DNA of 64,000 nucleotides from assembly GCA_022360675.1 (NCBI GenBank), contig JAKSCJ010000259.1, forward strand, positions 4,169 to 68,168, in the 5' to 3' direction. Position numbers and translations under genes: made by a program. The notes below the pieces were generated by a model. It worked only from the letters and a program-made list of their open reading frames with translations, ran no database searches and had not been told where the DNA came from. Shown in pieces: positions 58,907 to 64,000 of this stretch. The stretch is from Lysobacterales bacterium (GTDB lineage: Bacteria; Pseudomonadota; Gammaproteobacteria; Xanthomonadales; Wenzhouxiangellaceae). How positions within the stretch are numbered: the stretch's first letter is position 1; the number at the start of each line of letters is the position of its first letter.

Positions 58907-61309
58907 TTAACGCGGAGCGCTGAGCAAGCGGATCGGTAAGTCGCTACGTTGCCACACAATGGTGGGGCTTTGCGCGGAGTCGATATCGATACTGATACGA
59001 TTGCCCGCTGCAAAGTCTTGCGAGGGGGACGTGAGGTTCAGCGTAACCGTACCGGCCGAACTGTTGCTAACAGCCTCGGGCGAGCAAGAACGACAATAGC
59101 CTTGGAAGCGCATCATCTCCACCGAGATGGCATTACCGGTGCCGCGGTCGGCGGTGCCCAGCAGCCAACGAGGATCGCCGTTGGTGTCGTAGATGTATAA
59201 GGCCACTGCAATGCGGTTATTTGCCAATTCGTACAGGCTTAAGCCCCAGCCGTTTTCGGTATCGCCAGCGTTCCATGCGCCGCTAAAGCCGGTGGAATCG
59301 ACCGAATCAAACAGCGGGCGCAAGCACGATTCGCCTTGCTCGCCGTTCAAGTTCCAACTAAAGCTGCCTAAATTGGCGATATTGCTTTGATCCACCGTGG
59401 CGCATAGCGGGTTGTACGGACCACGATGGAAGTCGAAGCTGCCTTGCCCGGCACTCACGGTGGCGGCTAAGCCTTGTTCATTGCGTTGGAAACGGTTCAG
59501 ATCGGCCTGCCAAGCGCTTTGGTCGGCGTTGCTGGCACCCAGTAACCATTCGCTATTGCCGTTGTCGTCGAAGGCGAACTGCACCACAGCGGTTTGCTCG
59601 CCCACTTGGTAAATCTCGATGCCTTCGCCGTTGCGTTCGGGGTTCCAGTAAATACCAGGTTCTGCTTGGCGTGGTGCTGGTGTTTCGCTGAGCCAATCGC
59701 AGTTGAGCGCCGTTTCCATCAACTCATCGCGACCGGCGGCAATGCCTGCACGAGTGGGAAACTGATGGAGATCGGGCACAATGCCAAAGCGTTGGGTGGG
59801 CGTGCCGTCGGGATAAAACACGCCCAGCCCGCTAAAGTTCACGTCGATGCCGCCGGGCAGGCGGATCTCAGTGATATCGCCATCGGCACCGGCGGTTTGG
59901 CTACCGATAGTGATGGTATTGCCGTAGGCCTGTAAGCCCATCACTGTGTATTCCGAGCGACTGATGCTGCGTTCATCCATCAGCACAATTAAACGGCCGC
60001 TGTAATCCACATGACGCTGGGCAGGAAAACTCACCACATTGGTGGTGAAATTACCGGGCGCATTGAAATCGGGCTCGGTAAATGCGGCCACTTCGCGGGA
60101 CTCGCCGTAGAGCATATCGGCAAGGTTCGGAATCACAAAGTTGGGGTAATTACGCACATCGAAGATGATGCCATCGGTTTCGCGCAGATCATTGAGCATT
60201 TGGCCGACTTGACTAGACTCCAGACGGTCCAAATCCACCACGCCATATTGGCAACTTTGAGCCGGGGGTGTAACCACTTGCCAAGGCGCTTGATCGTTAG
60301 GCGACAGCTCCTGGCCAAAGATGAAGTTCAGCGGTAATACGCTCTCGTACTCGCTGCCATCGATGCGGCGGAAGCGATAGGTTCGCTCGGCGACACCCGC
60401 GCCATTCAAAATATAGCTATTCAGAATGTACTCACGACCGATAGGGTTCGAGCCGTGTGCCAGGCTTTCGAAGCGGGCGCGTAAATCCGCCACGCTAACG
60501 CCATCGACTGCAATGACTGCATCACCACGTTCCACACCCCGCGCTTGAGCCAGGGTGTCGTCAACAATAAGCTCACCTTGAATGCTGCGCACCGAGAAGG
60601 GGGGTGGTAGGGTGCCGACGAATTGGAAAAACTGCAACTGGCTGAAATGTGTATGGCCGTCTTCGGTGGCTGCGGTGAAGCGGCGCATGGCGAAGATATA
60701 TTGGCTGATTTCTTCAGCGTTAAGGATATCGGGCAGGTGTTGGGCTAATACGTTTTCCCAGTCGTCGCCAATTTGGTCGCGATAGGGGAAAAAGTATTCC
60801 ACCGCATTCCAAAAGCGAAAGGCGGCCAGAGCGCGAGTATAACGGTTCTCGGTACCGGTAACCGGGCCGCCTAGAAACGGCTCGCTGGAAAAATCAGCCT
60901 GACCCACATTGCCTTCGGCCACATAGCATTGTTGCTCGACATGGCGCTGAGTCAGCGCGATGAGTTGCTCGCGGATTTCGGCGTTGATGCGTGAATCCAG
61001 CAACCAGGATGGTGTATCGGAAGTGGCTGCTGCGGTGGTGTTTTGGCCACCGGCACGTTGCAGCAGCAATTGCAAAGACTGATTCAGGGAATCAGCCGAG
61101 GTGGAGGTTTCGCTTAGGTTCAGGCTGTCTTTCAGCGCTTGATCCCAGTCCACCGCACAACGCGTGACTTCGGGATGCGTGTATTTCATCAAACCCCATG
61201 CGCGCCCGATGGTGATTAAGTCGCTGTGGTCTGTGTTTTGGGCAAATGCACCTTGGCATAGACCAAAACAGAGGCCAGCCAAAGTCAATGAACGAAAAAC
61301 GCCGGACAT
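58907..61309 (-). CDS. Secreted S41-family (tail-specific/C-terminal processing type) peptidase with PDZ-like region and a duplicated C-terminal beta-domain
   Basis: Signal peptide (LTLAGLCFGLCQGAFAQ). S41 core: LIVLMDERSISRSEYTVMGLQ...TIGSQTAGADGDI. Two C-terminal copies of GxWNxxxxGxG(I/L)x(I/L)Y...DxNGxxxWLLG. Confidence 0.8.
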   Translation of the reverse strand: MSGVFRSLTLAGLCFGLCQGAFAQNTDHSDLITIGRAWGLMKYTHPEVTRCAVDWDQALKDSLNLSETSTSADSLNQSLQLLLQRAGGQNTTAAATSDTPSWLLDSRINAEIREQLIALTQRHVEQQCYVAEGNVGQADFSSEPFLGGPVTGTENRYTRALAAFRFWNAVEYFFPYRDQIGDDWENVLAQHLPDILNAEEISQYIFAMRRFTAATEDGHTHFSQLQFFQFVGTLPPPFSVRSIQGELIVDDTLAQARGVERGDAVIAVDGVSVADLRARFESLAHGSNPIGREYILNSYILNGAGVAERTYRFRRIDGSEYESVLPLNFIFGQELSPNDQAPWQVVTPPAQSCQYGVVDLDRLESSQVGQMLNDLRETDGIIFDVRNYPNFVIPNLADMLYGESREVAAFTEPDFNAPGNFTTNVVSFPAQRHVDYSGRLIVLMDERSISRSEYTVMGLQAYGNTITIGSQTAGADGDITEIRLPGGIDVNFSGLGVFYPDGTPTQRFGIVPDLHQFPTRAGIAAGRDELMETALNCDWLSETPAPRQAEPGIYWNPERNGEGIEIYQVGEQTAVVQFAFDDNGNSEWLLGASNADQSAWQADLNRFQRNEQGLAATVSAGQGSFDFHRGPYNPLCATVDQSNIANLGSFSWNLNGEQGESCLRPLFDSVDSTGFSGAWNAGDTENGWGLSLYELANNRIAVALYIYDTNGDPRWLLGTADRGTGNAISVEMMRFQGYCRSCSPEAVSNSSAGTVTLNLTSPSQDFAAGNRISIDIDSAQSPTIVWQRSDLPIRLLSAPR

Positions 61310-61636
61310 GACAAATCCTCCTTAAGCAGACCTTCGATCATAAAACAAGCGTGCCTGCCTTGACCATATCGGCTAGGCAACTTTCAACGAGAAATCATCG
61401 ATTTATCGGCTTTTTCCGATTTGGGCCGGGAAATATTAAAAAAGATGCAGCGAAATGCTTTGAGCAGGCATTGATCATGTCGCCATTGGTGCTGTCTTTG
61501 GCGCAATTTTAATTGCGCATGAATTTTGTGTTGATTTCGTAACTGCCGGCTTACATTCACGTAATCTGTGCCGGATATGTCCCTTTTTAAGGAAGTTTCT
61601 GTAGGTTGTTGGTTTATTAGTAAAAACGTACGTGTT

Positions 61637-61655
61637 GATAATGAGAATGGTTATC
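61637..61655 (+). promoter_or_regulatory. Fur box upstream of the TonB-dependent receptor gene
   Basis: GATAATGAGAATGGTTATC matches the 19-bp Fur consensus at 16/19 positions. It lies about 45 nt upstream of ATG 61700. Confidence 0.75.
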
Positions 61656-61699
61656 ATTACAATGTCGCGGCTTTTCTCAAATACAAGGCGTGACTTCAG

Positions 61700-63883
61700 A
61701 TGCAATCATTCATTCCTCAAGGGCAACACGGTGCACGACGCACTGCGCTGTGTTTCTCTATCGCATTGGCATTAGGACTATTGCCACTGTTTGCACTAGC
61801 AAACGATGAGGGGAAGGAATCTGATGATGAAGACAAAGTGGAGCTGGAAGCACTCCAGGTTACCGGTGGCCTGACTCGCTATTCAGCTACAAAATCCGAC
61901 ACGCCCATTTTAGAAACCGCGCGTTCGGTATCGGTAGAAACTGCCGATCAAATTCGCGATAAAGGCGCGCTGGATCTGGCCGACACCTATGCCTACACCG
62001 CTGGTGTTATTGGCAGTCCATTCGGCATTGCAACCCGGGGCGACTTCTTGGCGGTTCGTGGCCTTGAAGTGCCGCAGTATCGCGATAGCTTGCAGGCTTT
62101 GTTCAGTAGCTATAACAACACCCGCGCCCATGTCTACACCTTGGAACAGGTGGAGATCTTAAAAGGCCCGGCTTCGGTGCTGTATGGCCAGGGTTCACCC
62201 GGCGGTTTGGTGAATGTGGTCAGCAAACGGCCCACTGAGTATATGGATCAAGAAGTCCTGTTGAAGTTGGGTAATTTTGACTATGTTGAAGCCGCTGCCG
62301 ATTTAGGTGGTGTTTTAGATGACGATGGTCAATGGCTGTATCGCTTTATCGGTGTGGTGCGCGATAGCGATACGCAAATCGATTTTGTTCACGATGATGG
62401 TTGGGTGATTGCACCGTCCATTACTTATCGCCCGACAATCGATACCAACATCACCTTGTTGGCTAATTTCCAAGAAACCGATAGCGATACCGCATCCCAG
62501 TTTTTACCCATTGCAGGCACGCTACGCCCAGCGCCCAATGGCGAGCGTTTCGACTTCGATAACTACTACGGCGAGCCCGGCTTTAATCGTTACGATACCG
62601 AAACCCAGTCCATCACCTTATTAGCCGACCATGTGTTTAACGAGGTGTGGTCGGGCGAGTTAACGGCACGCTACACCCATGGTGAGGCCGATTACCGCCA
62701 AGCCTGGATTTCGTTCACCGGTGGTGATCGCTATATTCGCAATGCCGACGGCAGTTTGTATCGCGATGGCTTTGTGCCACGCACCTTCTATCAAAGTGAC
62801 GCTGATTCTGATCAGTTCGCCACCGATACCCGAGTACGTGCGAAGTTTTCTACCGGCGCTTTTGATCATGAAGTGCTAGCCGGTTTCCAGTATCAAGATG
62901 TCAGCACCGATAACGATTTCTCATCTCTCTATGCCTTGGGTTTAGATCTAACTACGGGTCAGCCCAACGCTATCTTCGGTGATCGATTCTGGATTAACGC
63001 GTTTGATCCTCAATACGGCAGTTTTCCTGATCAAAGCATTTTTGATTTAGCGTTTGTCGATAGCCCAGAAGCGGTGACCAAAGACTACGGCCTGTACTTA
63101 TCGGATCAAATCGCCATCGATAACTGGCGCTTTACCGCTGGCCTGCGCGCCGACTGGGTGAGCACTCGCGTCAATGGTCGTACCCAAAAAGACGATGCCG
63201 TGAGCTTTAGCTTGGGTGCTTTGTATCGCTTCGATAGCGGCTTTGCTCCGTATGTGAGTTATTCGGAATCGTTCGATCCGGTGGCGGGTATCGACACCAT
63301 TACTCAAGAAGCATTAAAGCCCCAGCGTGGTCGCCAATATGAAGTCGGTATTAAATACCAGCCCGATGGCAAGCAAAGCCAAATTACCATTGCGGCCTTT
63401 GATATTGAACAAAGTAACTTGCCCAACCCTAATAGCGCGGTGGGTACGGTATCGCAACAAGAAGGCGTTGCTGAAATTCAAGGTATTGAATTAGAAGCGG
63501 CTTTGTATGTAGACGACTTTAGCTTTGAAGGCAATATCAGTCACTTAGATACCGAGAGTGCAGATGGTTTCCGATTTGCATCGATTCCTGCAACCCAAGC
63601 GTCGTTCTGGTTGGGCTGGCGTCCAACTGAGGTGTTAGCAGGTTTCAAGATGGGCGTGGGTGTGCGCTACGTAGGTGCTAATTACGGTGGCTTAGATACT
63701 GTTCGTACGCCGTCTTATACCTTGGGTGATTTGCTGATTGGTTACGAGTATGAAGACTGGGATCTGTCAGTGAACTTCCGCAACATCACTGATAAAAAAT
63801 ATCTCTCCACCTGCTTAGCGCGTGGTGATTGCTTCGTGGGTGAGCGCCGCAGTGTTGTGGGTACTTTGGCGTATCGTTTCTAA
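61700..63883 (+). CDS. TonB-dependent siderophore receptor
   Basis: Signal peptide, TonB-box-like ELEALQVTG, plug motifs (VEILKGPASVLYGQGSPGGLVNVVSK), a beta-barrel, and a terminal ...VVGTLAYRF. Confidence 0.92.
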   Translation: MQSFIPQGQHGARRTALCFSIALALGLLPLFALANDEGKESDDEDKVELEALQVTGGLTRYSATKSDTPILETARSVSVETADQIRDKGALDLADTYAYTAGVIGSPFGIATRGDFLAVRGLEVPQYRDSLQALFSSYNNTRAHVYTLEQVEILKGPASVLYGQGSPGGLVNVVSKRPTEYMDQEVLLKLGNFDYVEAAADLGGVLDDDGQWLYRFIGVVRDSDTQIDFVHDDGWVIAPSITYRPTIDTNITLLANFQETDSDTASQFLPIAGTLRPAPNGERFDFDNYYGEPGFNRYDTETQSITLLADHVFNEVWSGELTARYTHGEADYRQAWISFTGGDRYIRNADGSLYRDGFVPRTFYQSDADSDQFATDTRVRAKFSTGAFDHEVLAGFQYQDVSTDNDFSSLYALGLDLTTGQPNAIFGDRFWINAFDPQYGSFPDQSIFDLAFVDSPEAVTKDYGLYLSDQIAIDNWRFTAGLRADWVSTRVNGRTQKDDAVSFSLGALYRFDSGFAPYVSYSESFDPVAGIDTITQEALKPQRGRQYEVGIKYQPDGKQSQITIAAFDIEQSNLPNPNSAVGTVSQQEGVAEIQGIELEAALYVDDFSFEGNISHLDTESADGFRFASIPATQASFWLGWRPTEVLAGFKMGVGVRYVGANYGGLDTVRTPSYTLGDLLIGYEYEDWDLSVNFRNITDKKYLSTCLARGDCFVGERRSVVGTLAYRF

Positions 63884-63926
63884 GCGAAATCCAACTGATT
63901 GAGAACGCGACTTGGAGTCTGTGTAA

Positions 63927-64000
63927 ATGTTTCTCTTACTTAGCTGTTTGACAACTATTGGTGGTGTGTTTTTTCTTCACCAAGCATGGACTTCAGGTCG
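63927..64000 (+). CDS. 5' end of a downstream ORF with a hydrophobic N-terminus, truncated by the window edge
   Basis: GGAG lies 9 nt upstream of ATG 63927. Peptide MFLLLSCLTTIGGVFFLHQAWTSG... Function unknown. Confidence 0.35.
   Translation, partial: MFLLLSCLTTIGGVFFLHQAWTSG

Noticed and set aside
61475-61705. 76-aa minus-strand ORF upstream of the TonB-dependent receptor
   Set aside because: It is AT-rich, overlaps the Fur-box promoter region and the receptor start, and has no SD and no recognisable motif.

Overview
This is a 64-kb chromosomal window from a gammaproteobacterium. Gene order resembles Pseudomonadales/Oceanospirillales-type genomes: tkt-gap-pgk; nadD-holA-lptE-leuS; hisC-aroA-cmk-rpsA-ihfB-lapA-lapB-wbpL-wbpM; pheA-serC; dciA/secA/mutT. 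About 55 protein-coding genes are supportable. I saw no rRNA, tRNA, CRISPR array, transposase or integrase. Most of the window is housekeeping. Five things stand out. (1) A tightly coupled six-gene minus-strand operon at 42.36-48.03 kb combines an OmpR-type response regulator, a coiled-coil protein, a bitopic membrane protein (Roadblock/MglB-like cytoplasmic module plus OmpA-like periplasmic anchor), a Ras-like small GTPase, a hybrid histidine kinase with an unassigned N-terminal domain, and an Hpt protein. It looks like a conservon-like or MglAB-like GTPase switch wired into a full phosphorelay, and I cannot map it to a described system. (2) A visibly AT-rich island of about 3.2 kb (13.43-16.6 kb) lies between two housekeeping clusters. 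It holds an ORF-poor, hairpin-rich segment of about 0.5 kb that ends in an intrinsic terminator, plus a two-gene operon (HTH-like 310-aa protein and a small secreted two-Cys protein). (3) A Fur-box promoter drives a terminator-ended sRNA candidate of about 110 nt (PrrF/RyhB-like logic), and a strong Fur box precedes a TonB-dependent receptor. (4) A short ORF ends 17 nt before secA, in the position secM occupies in E. coli. (5) A TPR/TylF-type methyltransferase is translationally coupled to pgk. All calls rest on by-eye motif and synteny recognition. No searches or folding computations were run.
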